DNA from: Spirochaetia bacterium
Lineage (GTDB): Bacteria; Spirochaetota; Spirochaetia; SZUA-6; Bin103
Length of the DNA stretch: 64,000 nucleotides
Reading direction: 5' to 3'
NCBI GenBank assembly: GCA_965203055.1
Contig: OZ241863.1
Coordinates: 2,048,001-2,112,000, forward strand
The stretch's first letter is position 1. Every line of letters starts with the position of its first letter. Position numbers and translations under genes: made by a program. The notes under the pieces were generated by a model. It ran no database searches. It saw nothing but the letters and a program-made list of their open reading frames with translations, and was not told the DNA's origin. This document shows positions 1 through 9,952 of this stretch, in pieces.

Positions 1-864
1 GGCAATGCGGAACAGGCCGCCGGTGGCGCCCGCAATGGCGCGCAGCTCGCGCTCGTCGATCTGCCCGCCGGGGCGGCCCGGCAGCCCCGCCGCGGCGCCG
101 CCGGCCGGCCCCGCGGCCAGTCCGATGGCGTGGATCGTGATGCCCCAATCACGCGCCAGCTCAGCCGCCTCGAGCGGCGTCCGGGTACCGGTGTTGTTGA
201 GCCCGTCGGTGAGCAGCACGATCACCTTGCTCTTGATCTCGTACTCGCGGCCGCCGGAGTCCGCGGCGAGCTGCTCGCCGGCGGTGCGCAGCCGCGCCGC
301 GGCCAGGGCCAGGGCGTCGCCGATTGCGGTGCCGTCCTCGGACCGCTCGGTGGCTACCTCCACGCTGCGCAGAAAGCCGTCGGCCGCGCCGTGGGCAAGG
401 GTGAGCGGCAGCACCGTCTCCGCGTAGCGGGCAAAGGTGATGAGGCCAATCAGATCGTCGCCGCGGCCGGCGAGGCCGGCGCCGTCGCCGTCGATGAAGC
501 GGCTCAGCACCTCCTTCGCCGCCGCCAGGCGGCTGCCGCTGTCCGGCCGCGCCGTCAGCGGAATGCCCATGCTCCCGGAGCGGTCCAGCACCAGCTCGAT
601 CGCCACCCCGCGGCTGACGTCCACCACCCGTTCCTGGCCTTGGCGCGGCCGCGCCAAGGCGGTCACCAACAGCAGCAGGGCCGCCACCTGCAGCGCCGCC
701 GGCAACCAGACGAGGCGCTGGCGCAGCGACGGCCGCACCGCCGCGGCCAGCGCCGCGGCGGAGAAGTCCAGGCCTACCCGCCGCCGGCCCAGCCGGCGGC
801 GCAGCAGCGGCAGCAGGCCCACCGCCGGCAGGAGCAGCAGTGCCCACGGGTGCTCAAACTGCAC
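1..864 (-). CDS. batA: VWA domain-containing protein, BatA-like (3' end runs off the window)
   Basis: Manual minus-strand translation from GTG at 864 gives VQFEHPWALLLL…ALARPR…LVLDRSGSM (MIDAS)…GTAIGDAL…IVLLTDG. Lies downstream of moxR and DUF58. Confidence 0.85.
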   Translation of the reverse strand, partial: MQFEHPWALLLLPAVGLLPLLRRRLGRRRVGLDFSAAALAAAVRPSLRQRLVWLPAALQVAALLLLVTALARPRQGQERVVDVSRGVAIELVLDRSGSMGIPLTARPDSGSRLAAAKEVLSRFIDGDGAGLAGRGDDLIGLITFARYAETVLPLTLAHGAADGFLRSVEVATERSEDGTAIGDALALAAARLRTAGEQLAADSGGREYEIKSKVIVLLTDGLNNTGTRTPLEAAELARDWGITIHAIGLAAGPAGGAAAGLPGRPGGQIDERELRAIAGATGGLFRIA

Positions 865-1879
865 GCGCGGCCTCCGCTTCCGGCACCGCCGGCCGGGTCG
901 CCGTCACCAGGGTGACGGCGGTTTCGATCAGCCCTTGACTCGCGCCCGCGGAGGGGCGGGCGCGGGCGAACTTCACTTGGTCGCACTGGGCGAGGAAGGC
1001 GTGCAACGCGCGGCGCTGAAAGTCGTCCAGCCAGCTTCCCGCGGCCAGGATGAACAGCAACTCCTCGGTGGTTCGCTGCGGCGCGCGGACGCCGAAGCGC
1101 TGCTCCAGATAGCGCCGTACGATCGCCGCTACCGCGGTGTGGAACGCGTGCAGGTCACGCTGCAGCAGGCCGTCGGCGGCGAGCTCGCGCAGCGCCTGCA
1201 GGGCCGCTTCGTGCGGCGGGACGGCCGCCGCCCGGACTGCGGCGCGGGCGGCGCGGCGGCGCAGCAGGAGGATGCCCGCCGCGGCCGCGCCGGCCAGCGC
1301 CAACCCGAGCGCCGCGAACAGCAGCACGCGGCCGGCGGGCGGCGGCACCGGCACCGGCCCCTCCACGTCGTGCAACGCCGGCGGCTCCTCCCCCGCGGCG
1401 AACACCGACGTCACCGTCAGGGCAATCGGTTCGGTGCGGACTGCGACGGCCGCGGCCCCGTCCGCCGCGGCCGCGGTCACCTCCAGAGCGGGCACCTCGT
1501 ACTCGCCGGCGAGGAACGGCTGCAGCTCGAAGCGGCGCCCCCAGCGCACCAGCCCGCCCTCCTGCAAGGCGGGCGCGGCGGTGCGGGTGCGCACCGCCCG
1601 CAAGCCGCCCGCCGCGGCCTGCTGCGCGGTCGGAAGGCGCACCGTCAGGCCCTCGGGCGCGGCAACCACCACCTCCAACTGCGCCCACTCCGCCGTCGTA
1701 ATCTCGCTGCGGTCCAGCCGCAGCAGCACCTCCACGCCGCCGCCGGCAAAGGAGCGCTCGACCGCCCATTCCTCGCCCGCGCCCGCCTCAGCCGGCGAAC
1801 CGCTCGCGCCGCCGCAGCCCGCGAGTACCGCCAGTACCGCGAGTACCGCCGGCGCGCCGCCCAGTCCCCTACCAGCCAC
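854..1879 (-). CDS. BatD/DUF4381-like membrane lipoprotein of the Bat operon
   Basis: C-terminal part of ORF 854..2149; likely GTG start at 1879. Signal with LAGC lipobox, one TM helix, then PPHEAALQAL…RRYLEQRF…TTEE…DQVKFA. Confidence 0.7.
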   Translation of the reverse strand: MAGRGLGGAPAVLAVLAVLAGCGGASGSPAEAGAGEEWAVERSFAGGGVEVLLRLDRSEITTAEWAQLEVVVAAPEGLTVRLPTAQQAAAGGLRAVRTRTAAPALQEGGLVRWGRRFELQPFLAGEYEVPALEVTAAAADGAAAVAVRTEPIALTVTSVFAAGEEPPALHDVEGPVPVPPPAGRVLLFAALGLALAGAAAAGILLLRRRAARAAVRAAAVPPHEAALQALRELAADGLLQRDLHAFHTAVAAIVRRYLEQRFGVRAPQRTTEELLFILAAGSWLDDFQRRALHAFLAQCDQVKFARARPSAGASQGLIETAVTLVTATRPAVPEAEAARAV

Positions 1880-2756
1880 GCGCCGCGCGCCGCTCCCGCG
1901 CCTTGAAGAAGCGCACCAGGTCCCGGGTCCAGCCTTGTTCGGTATGGATCGGCACCTGGTCGATGCCGAGTCCGCGCAGTTGCGCCGCCAGCGTCTGCTG
2001 CCGCTCGCGCCCGCGCCGCGCATACTCCTCCCGCACCCGCCGGCTGGAGGTATCCACCAGCACCCGCGCGCCGGTCTCGGCGTCCTGCAGCTCCAGCAAC
2101 CCGGCCCGCGGCAGCGCCAGCTCGTGGGGATCGACGATCGAGGCGGCAATCAGGTCGTGGCGCTTCACGGTCAGGCGCAGCTCACGCTCGTAGCCGGCCG
2201 CGAGAAAATCGGAAATCAGGAACACCGTGGCGCGGCGGCGCTGCACCCGGCTGACGAAGCCGAGCGCGGCGCCGATGTCGGTACCGCGCCGGCGCGGGGT
2301 GAAGTACAGCAGCTCGCGCACCAGGCGCAGGGCGTGGGTGGCCCCCTTCTTCGGCGGGATGAACCGCTCGATGACGTCGGTGAACACCACGAGGCCCACC
2401 CGGTCGTGGTGGCGAATGGCCGAGAACGCGAGCAGCGCGGTGAGTTCCGCGGCCACTTCGGTCTTGCTCCGCGCCCCGGAGCCGAACGTTCCCGAAGCCG
2501 ACAGATCGACCACGAACAGGACCGTGAGTTCGCGTTCCTCCACGTAGCGCTTCACGTAGGGTTGGCCCATGCGCGCGGTGACGTTCCAGTCGATGCTGCG
2601 AATCTCGTCGCCCGGCTGATAGTCGCGCACCTCCTGAAACTCGATGCCCTGGCCGCGGAACACGCTGGCGTACTCGCCGCCGAATACCGTATCCACGGCG
2701 CGCCGCGCGCGAATCTGGATGTAGCGTATCTGCCGCGCCAGCTCCGGGGAGATCAC
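1869..2756 (-). CDS. DUF58 domain-containing protein
   Basis: GQGIEFQEVRDYQPGDEIRSIDWNVTAR, VDLSASG and ISDF motifs; directly follows moxR. Confidence 0.92.
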   Translation of the reverse strand: MISPELARQIRYIQIRARRAVDTVFGGEYASVFRGQGIEFQEVRDYQPGDEIRSIDWNVTARMGQPYVKRYVEERELTVLFVVDLSASGTFGSGARSKTEVAAELTALLAFSAIRHHDRVGLVVFTDVIERFIPPKKGATHALRLVRELLYFTPRRRGTDIGAALGFVSRVQRRRATVFLISDFLAAGYERELRLTVKRHDLIAASIVDPHELALPRAGLLELQDAETGARVLVDTSSRRVREEYARRGRERQQTLAAQLRGLGIDQVPIHTEQGWTRDLVRFFKARERRAARGW

Positions 2757-3745
2757 GGCACCGGAACAGCGTCGAGAATTGCGTTGACCAGGTCGTCGGC
2801 GGTGCGTTCCTCCGCCTCCGCTTCGTAGCTCACGATGACCCGATGGCGGAGCACGTCAGGCGCCATGGTCTTGACGTCCTGGGGCGTTACGTAGCCGCGC
2901 CCGTGCAGCAGCGCATAGGCGCGGGCCGCCAGGGCGAGGTAGATGGTGGCGCGCGGCGAGGCGCCGTACTCGATCAGCCCGGCCAGCCCGGCCAGTTCCG
3001 GACCGAACTGCGCCGGCTCGCGGGTGGCGCACACCAAGTCCACGAGGTACTCCTCCACCTGCTCATCGACGTAGATGCGCTCGACCAGGCCGCGCAGGCG
3101 GCGAAAGTCGTCCGGCTGCAGGACCGCGGCGACCGGCGCCAGCGCGGCCGTGCGCGCCATCTGCCGCAGGATGCGCAGTTCTTCTTCGCGGCTGGGGTAG
3201 GTCACCCGCAGCTTGAGCATGAAGCGGTCGACCTGCGCTTCCGGCAGCGGGTAGGTGCCCTCCTGTTCGATCGGGTTCTGGGTAGCGAGCACCATGAACG
3301 GATCGTCCAGCGGGTGGCTGGCGTCGCCGATGGTCACCTGCCGTTCCTGCATCGCCTCCAGCAAGGCGCTCTGGACCTTGGCCGGCGCGCGGTTGATCTC
3401 GTCGGCGAGGATGATGTTGGCGAAGATCGGGCCGCGCCTAGTGGTGAACTCACCGCTGCCCGGGTGGTACACCAGGGTGCCGATCAAGTCGGCGGGAAGC
3501 AGGTCCGGGGTAAACTGGATGCGGCGGAAGCGGGCGTCGACGGCCTGCGCCAGGGTGGTGATCGACAGGGTCTTGGCCAACCCCGGCACCCCTTCCACCA
3601 GCAGGTGCGCATTGCACAGCAGCCCGATCTGCAACCGTTCGATCAGGTAGCTCTGTCCGATGATCACCTGTTCGAGTTGCCGGCGCACCTCCTGCAACAA
3701 GCGGCTCTCGCGTTGCACCTCGCTGCCGATCTGTCCGACGTCCAC
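2753..3745 (-). CDS. moxR: MoxR-family AAA+ ATPase
   Basis: EGVPGLAKT, RIQFTPDLLPAD, DEINRAPAKVQSALLEAMQE, ATQNPIEQEGTYPLPEAQ. Start placed at GTG 3745 (uncertain). Confidence 0.95.
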   Translation of the reverse strand: MDVGQIGSEVQRESRLLQEVRRQLEQVIIGQSYLIERLQIGLLCNAHLLVEGVPGLAKTLSITTLAQAVDARFRRIQFTPDLLPADLIGTLVYHPGSGEFTTRRGPIFANIILADEINRAPAKVQSALLEAMQERQVTIGDASHPLDDPFMVLATQNPIEQEGTYPLPEAQVDRFMLKLRVTYPSREEELRILRQMARTAALAPVAAVLQPDDFRRLRGLVERIYVDEQVEEYLVDLVCATREPAQFGPELAGLAGLIEYGASPRATIYLALAARAYALLHGRGYVTPQDVKTMAPDVLRHRVIVSYEAEAEERTADDLVNAILDAVPVP

Positions 3746-3867
3746 TGGTCGATTTCGAATGTAGCGAACCGCGGCCGCCAACGGCAACACCGGCCGTGTA
3801 GCGGTTGCCGTCATCGGCAAGCTTCAGTAGCCGGGCGGCGGTCATCGGCTCGTTCTCGACCGCCGCG

Positions 3868-4686
3868 TCACGGCCCGGGCCGGTGGTCGCAGTCGCCGCC
3901 ATCGCCTTGGAGCGCCTCGCCGGGCGGGCGCATCCAGAACTGCTCCAGATGATAGGCGGGGCGCCACCCCAGCACGCGGCTGATCTTGTCGCTGCGGAAC
4001 TTGCCGTGCGGCAACGGCGGAAACACGAAGTAGGTCTCGCAGCGCGACGGCAGCCGCGCCGGTTCCACCTCCAGCGCGGCGCGTATCGCGCTGCCGGTGT
4101 CAGGCCAGGCAATGACGAACGGACGGTCCAGATCACGGCCCAGCGGCGGAGCGGCGCCGGGATCGGCCGGCCCCAGCCGCCAGCTCCCCGGCACTCGCAT
4201 CCCCATGAACAGCAGGGTCTGTACGTACAGGTCGTGATCTGCGCTGAACACCCGCAGCACCTCCTGGCCGAGCGCCTTGGTCAAGGCGTACAGCCGGCTG
4301 CCCGGCGCCGGCGGCAGGTCCGGGTGCAGCCCGAAGTCCCAATCCTCGTACTGCGGCCCGGCAAGCTGGTAATGAGGACCGGTATTGATGATGCGGCGAA
4401 TGCCGTGGCGCACCGCGGCCAGCGCCACGTGGTAGTTGCCGCGCAGGTTCACCGCGAACGCCTGGCGATTGTCGTCGCGCAGCACCGACAGGTTGATGAT
4501 GGCGTCCATCCCCTCGGCCGCGGCGGCCACCGCGCCGCAGTCGGCGACGTCCAGGCGCCGGTACTCGTGCGCGAACGCCGGCGGCGGATCGTTCACGTCG
4601 GTGACGCGTAGCGTGTGGCGCCCGGCCAGGGCCGCCGCCACCCACGGTCCCATCCGGCCGTTGCCGCCCAGGATCAGCACCTTCAT
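3868..4686 (-). CDS. NAD-dependent epimerase/dehydratase family protein
   Basis: MKVLILGGNGRMG Rossmann motif and YALTK catalytic YxxxK. Confidence 0.85.
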   Translation of the reverse strand: MKVLILGGNGRMGPWVAAALAGRHTLRVTDVNDPPPAFAHEYRRLDVADCGAVAAAAEGMDAIINLSVLRDDNRQAFAVNLRGNYHVALAAVRHGIRRIINTGPHYQLAGPQYEDWDFGLHPDLPPAPGSRLYALTKALGQEVLRVFSADHDLYVQTLLFMGMRVPGSWRLGPADPGAAPPLGRDLDRPFVIAWPDTGSAIRAALEVEPARLPSRCETYFVFPPLPHGKFRSDKISRVLGWRPAYHLEQFWMRPPGEALQGDGGDCDHRPGP

Positions 4687-5357
4687 TGCCCGCCTCCGGG
4701 CGCCGCCGCGCCGGGGAAGCCCAGCGCCCGCTCCGCCTCGCGCAGCAGGAAGCGGGCGCCGGGCACCGGCGACTGCAGGTGAATCTCCTGCCACTGCGGC
4801 CACTCGGCGGCCAGCGCCGCCGCCGCCGCGGCGGTGACGTCCGCGGCGGCAACGGCGGCCGGGCCATGCTCCGGCCGTAGCGCGCGCCGGTCGCCGATCA
4901 CTTCCGGGAACCCTACCCGCAGCGTGAGGACCGGCAGCAGCCGGTCGCGGGCGCACTCCTTGGCCACCACCTCGCCCAGATGGCAGGCGAGCAGCGCGGC
5001 ATCCCCGCTCGGCGGGCGCGAGCGCCACTGCTCGGTGACCGCCAAGTGAGCCGGCAGCGCGGCCAGCAGGCGCAACGTGCTCACGTAGATGCAGCGCTCG
5101 ACGCCGGCCGCGGCGGCCGCCAGCAGCAGGTTGTAGGTGCGCCGCGCGGCGTGGTCGAGCAGCTCGCCGGCGTCCCCGGCCGGGCGCGGATAGCCGAAGT
5201 GGATCACCGCCCGCACGCCGGCCACCAGCGCGGCGGTGGCGGCGCCCGGCTCCAGCGGCTCATCCCAGCGGCTGCGCCGCACCTCGTGCTCCGACTCCAG
5301 GCCGGCGGCAACCGCGCCGGCCAGCGGGCTGTCGCTGTTGGTAACCAGCACCCTCAT
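4683..5357 (-). CDS. NAD(P)-dependent oxidoreductase/epimerase-like protein with degenerate motifs
   Basis: MRVLVT…TYNLLLAA…GVERCIYVST. GGAGG RBS upstream; 4-nt overlap with the next gene. Confidence 0.7.
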   Translation of the reverse strand: MRVLVTNSDSPLAGAVAAGLESEHEVRRSRWDEPLEPGAATAALVAGVRAVIHFGYPRPAGDAGELLDHAARRTYNLLLAAAAAGVERCIYVSTLRLLAALPAHLAVTEQWRSRPPSGDAALLACHLGEVVAKECARDRLLPVLTLRVGFPEVIGDRRALRPEHGPAAVAAADVTAAAAAALAAEWPQWQEIHLQSPVPGARFLLREAERALGFPGAAAPGGGQ

Positions 5358-5506
5358 CGCTCCAACCTCCCCAGGCTTCCCATGATCGGTAGCCTGCGCC
5401 AGTAACACCGGCGCGTCAATACGACCCCAGCGCCCTTCGATAAGCATCGCGGCTGATGCAAGTCCTGACAGGGCCGCGCGGCAGGCCCTGAGAGAGCGAT
5501 TAAAGC

Positions 5507-5535
5507 TTGACACTCCAATCATGTTCAACTACCGT
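5507..5535 (+). promoter_or_regulatory. Putative sigma70 promoter for the IrrE-like/rloA/rloB genes
   Basis: TTGACA (5507-5512), 17 bp spacer, TACCGT (5530-5535); the -10 overlaps a short inverted repeat CTACCG/CGGTAG. Confidence 0.5.
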
Positions 5536-5641
5536 GTTGCGGTAGCGCAGGCCCCTGATGTCTAAACGATCATGAACAGGGTACATATCACGGCTATCCT
5601 ATGCTAGGTGCGGATCCATTTCGAGACATTGTGATCTCTCT

Positions 5642-6418
5642 ATGGGGCCGTTCTTGAGTTCAACATTCCGTATTCAATACGAACGGTTACCCTGTAATTA
5701 CGGGAGTAACGAGGAGCGCATGACACTTGCCGATGTCGAGCTTTACGTCCGCAATTATTGTGCGACTGAGTTGCACGAAAACCGCGCTAAGACCGTCCGT
5801 CGATCCGCTCGTTTGTCCGCTCTTCATCTGGCTGAGTGGTTCGCCTCCAATTGGTGGCGGCTGATTTGGGAACTCTGGGCAAACGACGCCTGGATGAGAG
5901 CAAAGCAGGCCGCTCGTATGGTACGGCAAGCGTGGCACTTGGACGGCCCGGCGACAACTTCCATGATCGCCAACATATTCGCAATCAGAGAGTCGGACCT
6001 GTCCGATTGCATGGCGAGTCCGATTCGTCCGGTGTCAGCCGGATTTCGTATTGGCGAAGAACCGGACCGGATGCGCATTGCGTGGCACATACGGTCGCCG
6101 GCCGGTCGCCGGTTCTCGCTGGCTCGCATGGTGGCTGATCATCTGGTATCTCCTTCAGAGGAGAGGCTTCTGCCGGTCACCAGGACGGTGACCGGCAGAC
6201 AGCAATTTCAGCGAGCATTTGCCCAGGAATTCCTGTGCCCTTATGACGCACTTCGGGAGGTAATCGGCGGCTCACCGAGCGTGGATGACATAGAGTATGC
6301 GGCTGATTACTTTGCGGTCTCGACCTGGGTAGTCGTATGCGCCTTCGTCAATAACGGCGCGTTGCCGCAAGAGACACTCGCTGACTGGGGCGTGAGCTTG
6401 GCTACGCAGAACTGGTAG
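5642..6418 (+). CDS. ImmA/IrrE (DUF955)-like protein lacking HExxH, possibly internally deleted
   Basis: RRFSLARMVADHL where RFTLAHELGH is expected; QRAFAQEFLCP and a C-terminal HTH-like AADYFAVS. Visibly lower GC than the flanks. Confidence 0.55.
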   Translation: MGPFLSSTFRIQYERLPCNYGSNEERMTLADVELYVRNYCATELHENRAKTVRRSARLSALHLAEWFASNWWRLIWELWANDAWMRAKQAARMVRQAWHLDGPATTSMIANIFAIRESDLSDCMASPIRPVSAGFRIGEEPDRMRIAWHIRSPAGRRFSLARMVADHLVSPSEERLLPVTRTVTGRQQFQRAFAQEFLCPYDALREVIGGSPSVDDIEYAADYFAVSTWVVVCAFVNNGALPQETLADWGVSLATQNW

Positions 6419-6423
6419 CTGGC

Positions 6424-7647
6424 ATGCTCGTCGAATTTTCCGTTGCCAACTTCAGATCGATCAAAGAGGAGGTACGCCTCAGTCTCGTGGCTGGTCCAGG
6501 CAAGGAGCACGCCAACTCGATCCTTACGGCCGAGAGTCGCGCCGAAACCGCCGCGCGGCCGCTCCGACTTCTGCCGTCCGCCGCGATCTACGGCGCGAAC
6601 GCGGCCGGCAAGACCAACGTGATTCGCGGCCTCAAGACGATGCATGACATCGTACTCGGCTCCGCCGCCCGCGGTCCTGCTGAACTCCCGGTGACCCCGT
6701 TCCGATTCGACCCGGCGTGCAGCGACCAACCGACGGCCTTCGAAGTGATGTGCATCGCCGACGGCGTTCGCTACCAGTACGGCTTCCGCGCGACCCGCAG
6801 CGAAGTAACTGAGGAGTGGCTCTATGCATGGCCGAGCGGACGGCTGCAAGTCTGGTTCGAGAGACGCAACGGGAAAGCGACCGGGGAGCCCTCATGGAAG
6901 CTTGGCGGAAAGCTCACGGGCGACCGGCAGGTCTGGAAGAGAGCAACTCGCCCGCAAGCCCTGTTCCTGGCAACGGCGGTCTCCCTCAACAGCACGCAAC
7001 TACGGCCGATCTTCGACTGGTTTCACAAGCGGCTCCATGTCGCCCGAGTCGAGAGATGGAGTCCCGTCTTCTCAGTGAACTACGCTAAGAACGGCGGAGC
7101 CGAAGTACTCGGCTTTCTCGCCGCGGCCGATCTTGCGGTAACAGGTCTGAGGATCGTAGAAAAGGAAATATCACCGGACCAATTTCCCGAAGAAATAGAG
7201 ATATTCTTGCAACATCAACCGAAAGAGGGACAGCAGGCGGAACTGGAAATGGCCGAGGAGTCGCACGGAACCCAGAAGATGTTTGCGCTTGCCGGTCCAT
7301 GGCTCGACACCCTGGCCAAAGGCAACGTCATCGTGTTCGATGAGCTGCACGATAACCTGCATCCCGCACTTGTCCGCTTTCTGGTCAGCCGGTTCCACAA
7401 TCCGACAACGAATCCGCACGGAGCGCAGCTCGTTTTCACGACGCACGATACGTCCATGCTCAATCGCGATTTGTTTCGGCCTGATCAGATCTGGCTCTGC
7501 GAGCGCAACGAACGCCTCGAAACCAGTCTCTTCCCGCTCAGCGACTTTCGGCCACGACGGGGTATCGAGAACCTGGAACGAGCATATCTGGCCGGCCGCT
7601 TCGGAGCGCTCCCTTACATCCGGTCAAGCGACCGGTCATCAGACTGA
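6424..7647 (+). CDS. AAA_21/ABC-type ATPase, RloA/AbiLi-like
   Basis: MLVEFSVANFRSIKE, GANAAGKT (Walker A), ESHGT signature, VFDE (Walker B), FTTH, YLAGRFGALP. Confidence 0.88.
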   Translation: MLVEFSVANFRSIKEEVRLSLVAGPGKEHANSILTAESRAETAARPLRLLPSAAIYGANAAGKTNVIRGLKTMHDIVLGSAARGPAELPVTPFRFDPACSDQPTAFEVMCIADGVRYQYGFRATRSEVTEEWLYAWPSGRLQVWFERRNGKATGEPSWKLGGKLTGDRQVWKRATRPQALFLATAVSLNSTQLRPIFDWFHKRLHVARVERWSPVFSVNYAKNGGAEVLGFLAAADLAVTGLRIVEKEISPDQFPEEIEIFLQHQPKEGQQAELEMAEESHGTQKMFALAGPWLDTLAKGNVIVFDELHDNLHPALVRFLVSRFHNPTTNPHGAQLVFTTHDTSMLNRDLFRPDQIWLCERNERLETSLFPLSDFRPRRGIENLERAYLAGRFGALPYIRSSDRSSD

Positions 7648-7650
7648 CCG

Positions 7651-8265
7651 ATGGCGGGAAAACCACGCGGACGCCGTGAGATTAGACAGAGGAAGAAAAC
7701 CGCACGGGAGATATACAAGCGAGTGCTCATCGTCTGTGAGGGCAAGAAAACAGAGCCTAACTATTTCCGGGATTTGGTAGATCGGCGTCGGCTGATCACC
7801 GCCGAAGTTGTGATCGATGGATTCGGATATGATCCCAGTAAGCTGGTCGCAACCGCGAAGTGTTTGAAGAAGAAAGAGATACAACGAGGAGATTCATATG
7901 ATGAAGTCTATTGCGTCTTCGACCGTGACCAACATGCACACTTCCAAAAGGCGTCTCGAGATGCCCAGAGCGCCAAGTTGAAGCTGGCCCGCTCCTGGCC
8001 GTGCTTCGAATACTGGCTGGTTTTGCATTTCGTCTATCATCGCGAGCCTTACTACCAATCGCGGTATTGCGTAAGGCACCTCAAGAAGTATCTGTACCGC
8101 TACACGAAGCGCATGGCCGGCGTGTACAAGAACCTGGAAGACCGACTGGAAACGGCGAAGTCGAATGCGAAGTGTGCCCTATCACACGCGGAGACAACAG
8201 GAGTACACGACCCGTCGACAGAAGTGCATCTCCTCGTCGCGTACCTGCAAGACCTCAAACCCTGA
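7651..8265 (+). CDS. rloB: RloB family protein
   Basis: LIVCEGKKTEPNYF, CVFDRD, SWPCFEYWLVLHF, DPSTEVHLLV; immediately follows the RloA-like ATPase. Confidence 0.9.
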   Translation: MAGKPRGRREIRQRKKTAREIYKRVLIVCEGKKTEPNYFRDLVDRRRLITAEVVIDGFGYDPSKLVATAKCLKKKEIQRGDSYDEVYCVFDRDQHAHFQKASRDAQSAKLKLARSWPCFEYWLVLHFVYHREPYYQSRYCVRHLKKYLYRYTKRMAGVYKNLEDRLETAKSNAKCALSHAETTGVHDPSTEVHLLVAYLQDLKP

Positions 8266-8274
8266 GCGGGCGCG

Positions 8275-9843
8275 TCAGCGGCCGGCCCGCTCTGTGGCGG
8301 CGCGTTGCCGGAGGGCGCGTTGCGCCGCCTGTTCCTCGACCAAGCCGCGGCGCAGGCGGCGGTACCGCTCCAGGTGCGGTTGATACTCGGCGTGCGCGGC
8401 CGGGTCGGGCAGCACCGCGGCGCCGCGCGTGCAGCACACCGCCACCGCCTGGTCCAGGCTGCCCCACCAGCCGGCCGCTATTCCCGCCAGCAGGGCCACT
8501 CCCAGCGCGCCCGGCTCGGCGTTGGCCGCCACCGCAAAGGCGCGGCCGGTCACGTCGGCAACAATCCGGCGCCATGCCGCGTCGTGCGCCCCGCCCCCCA
8601 ACAGGGTTATCGGCTCCGCAAACGCCGGCAGCAGATCAAGGCAATCCGCCACCGCGAACGCCAGCCCCTCATAGATACTGCGCAGTATCTCCCAGCGCGT
8701 GTGCTCCAGCCCCAATCCCGACAGCCGGCCGCGCGCGCGCGGCTCGTACACCGGCGCCAACACTCCGGTGCCGTTCAGGTAGGGGTGGAACGTCACGCCG
8801 CGGGCGCCGCGCGGCACCTCGGCGACCGCCGCCTGCAGCGCCGCTGCGTCCATCCCCGCGGCGCCGAACTCACGCCGGAACCAGTCCAGGGCGAGAGTCC
8901 CGGTCTGGTTCGGCATGGTGCGCGTCCAGCCGCCGGGGGGAATCAGAAAGCTCAACCCCACCCCGGCCGGCTCCCACACCGGCCGCTCGGTCACCACGCT
9001 GTTGAGGCACGACGAGCCGAGGATGGTGCCGGCCTGCCGCGCCCGCACCACGCCGCCGCCCACCAGCGCCGCTGATACGTCGGCCAACCCGGTGACCACG
9101 GGCGTGCCGGCCGGCATGCCGGTAGCCGCGGCCGCCGCCGCAGTCACGCGACCGGCCACGTCGCCGGACGGCAGCACCGGCGGCAGCAGGCCGCTCAACC
9201 CGCCAAGCCCCCAGGCCGCCATCAAAGGCAGCGAGAAGCCGCGCTGCAAGGCGTCGCCGGGCGCGTGGCTGGCGTCGCTGGCGTCGGTGGCCAGCTCGCC
9301 GGTAAGCCGGAAGCGGAGCCAATCCTTGGCGAACAGCAGGGTACGCGCCCGGGCCAGGACCTCCGGTTCATGGTCGCGCAGCCAGCGCAGCACCACCAGC
9401 GCGAAGCCCGGCGTAAGCGCGTTGCAGGAAATGGTGAAGCTGCGTTCGAGCAGGCCGGCCGCCCGCAGTTCGTCCAGCACCGCCACCGCCCGGGCGTCGT
9501 GCCACGCAACGGCGTTCCGTACCGGGCGCCCGTTCCGATCGACCAGCCACGCCCCGCCCATGAACGCGCTGATGCCCATGGCCTGGACCTGATGGCCGCC
9601 GCCAAGCCGTCCGGCGAGCGCGCGCAGGGTGGCCGCCGCCTGCCGCCACAGCCCCTCCATCGCCAGTTCCGCCCAACCCGGCCGGGGGGACTCGCAGATA
9701 GTCGCCGCCTGCGCCCGCGCCACTACCCGGCCGCGCTGATCGAACGCCGCGGCCTTGATCAGCGTGGTGCCGACGTCCACCCCGACCACCACCTCTGCCC
9801 GGCTGCGGGGCGCGCCCGGCCTGCTGGCAGGAGTCGGCGGCAT
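8275..9843 (-). CDS. FGGY-family carbohydrate kinase
   Basis: GVDVGTTLIKA, PRPGWAE, KDWLRFRLTG, TDASDAS, FHPYLNG, GGGA. GGAGG RBS before ATG 9843. Confidence 0.92.
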   Translation of the reverse strand: MPPTPASRPGAPRSRAEVVVGVDVGTTLIKAAAFDQRGRVVARAQAATICESPRPGWAELAMEGLWRQAAATLRALAGRLGGGHQVQAMGISAFMGGAWLVDRNGRPVRNAVAWHDARAVAVLDELRAAGLLERSFTISCNALTPGFALVVLRWLRDHEPEVLARARTLLFAKDWLRFRLTGELATDASDASHAPGDALQRGFSLPLMAAWGLGGLSGLLPPVLPSGDVAGRVTAAAAAATGMPAGTPVVTGLADVSAALVGGGVVRARQAGTILGSSCLNSVVTERPVWEPAGVGLSFLIPPGGWTRTMPNQTGTLALDWFRREFGAAGMDAAALQAAVAEVPRGARGVTFHPYLNGTGVLAPVYEPRARGRLSGLGLEHTRWEILRSIYEGLAFAVADCLDLLPAFAEPITLLGGGAHDAAWRRIVADVTGRAFAVAANAEPGALGVALLAGIAAGWWGSLDQAVAVCCTRGAAVLPDPAAHAEYQPHLERYRRLRRGLVEEQAAQRALRQRAATERAGR

Positions 9844-9952
9844 CACGCAACCTCCCCGCTCACGAACGCCCGGCCAGGCGGCGGAACCGCCGGCCGCGGC
9901 ACCCCGTGCCGGCGGCGGCAAGCACGGCGAGCGCGGGCAGCATCGACCGGGA

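Noticed and set aside
1821..1850. 9-bp tandem repeat encoding AVL three times
   Set aside because: Ordinary slippage within a signal-peptide hydrophobic core.
9860..9943. 27-codon minus-strand ORF (MLPALAVLAAAGTG…) upstream of the FGGY kinase
   Set aside because: No RBS or motif; cannot be told apart from chance or a gene remnant.
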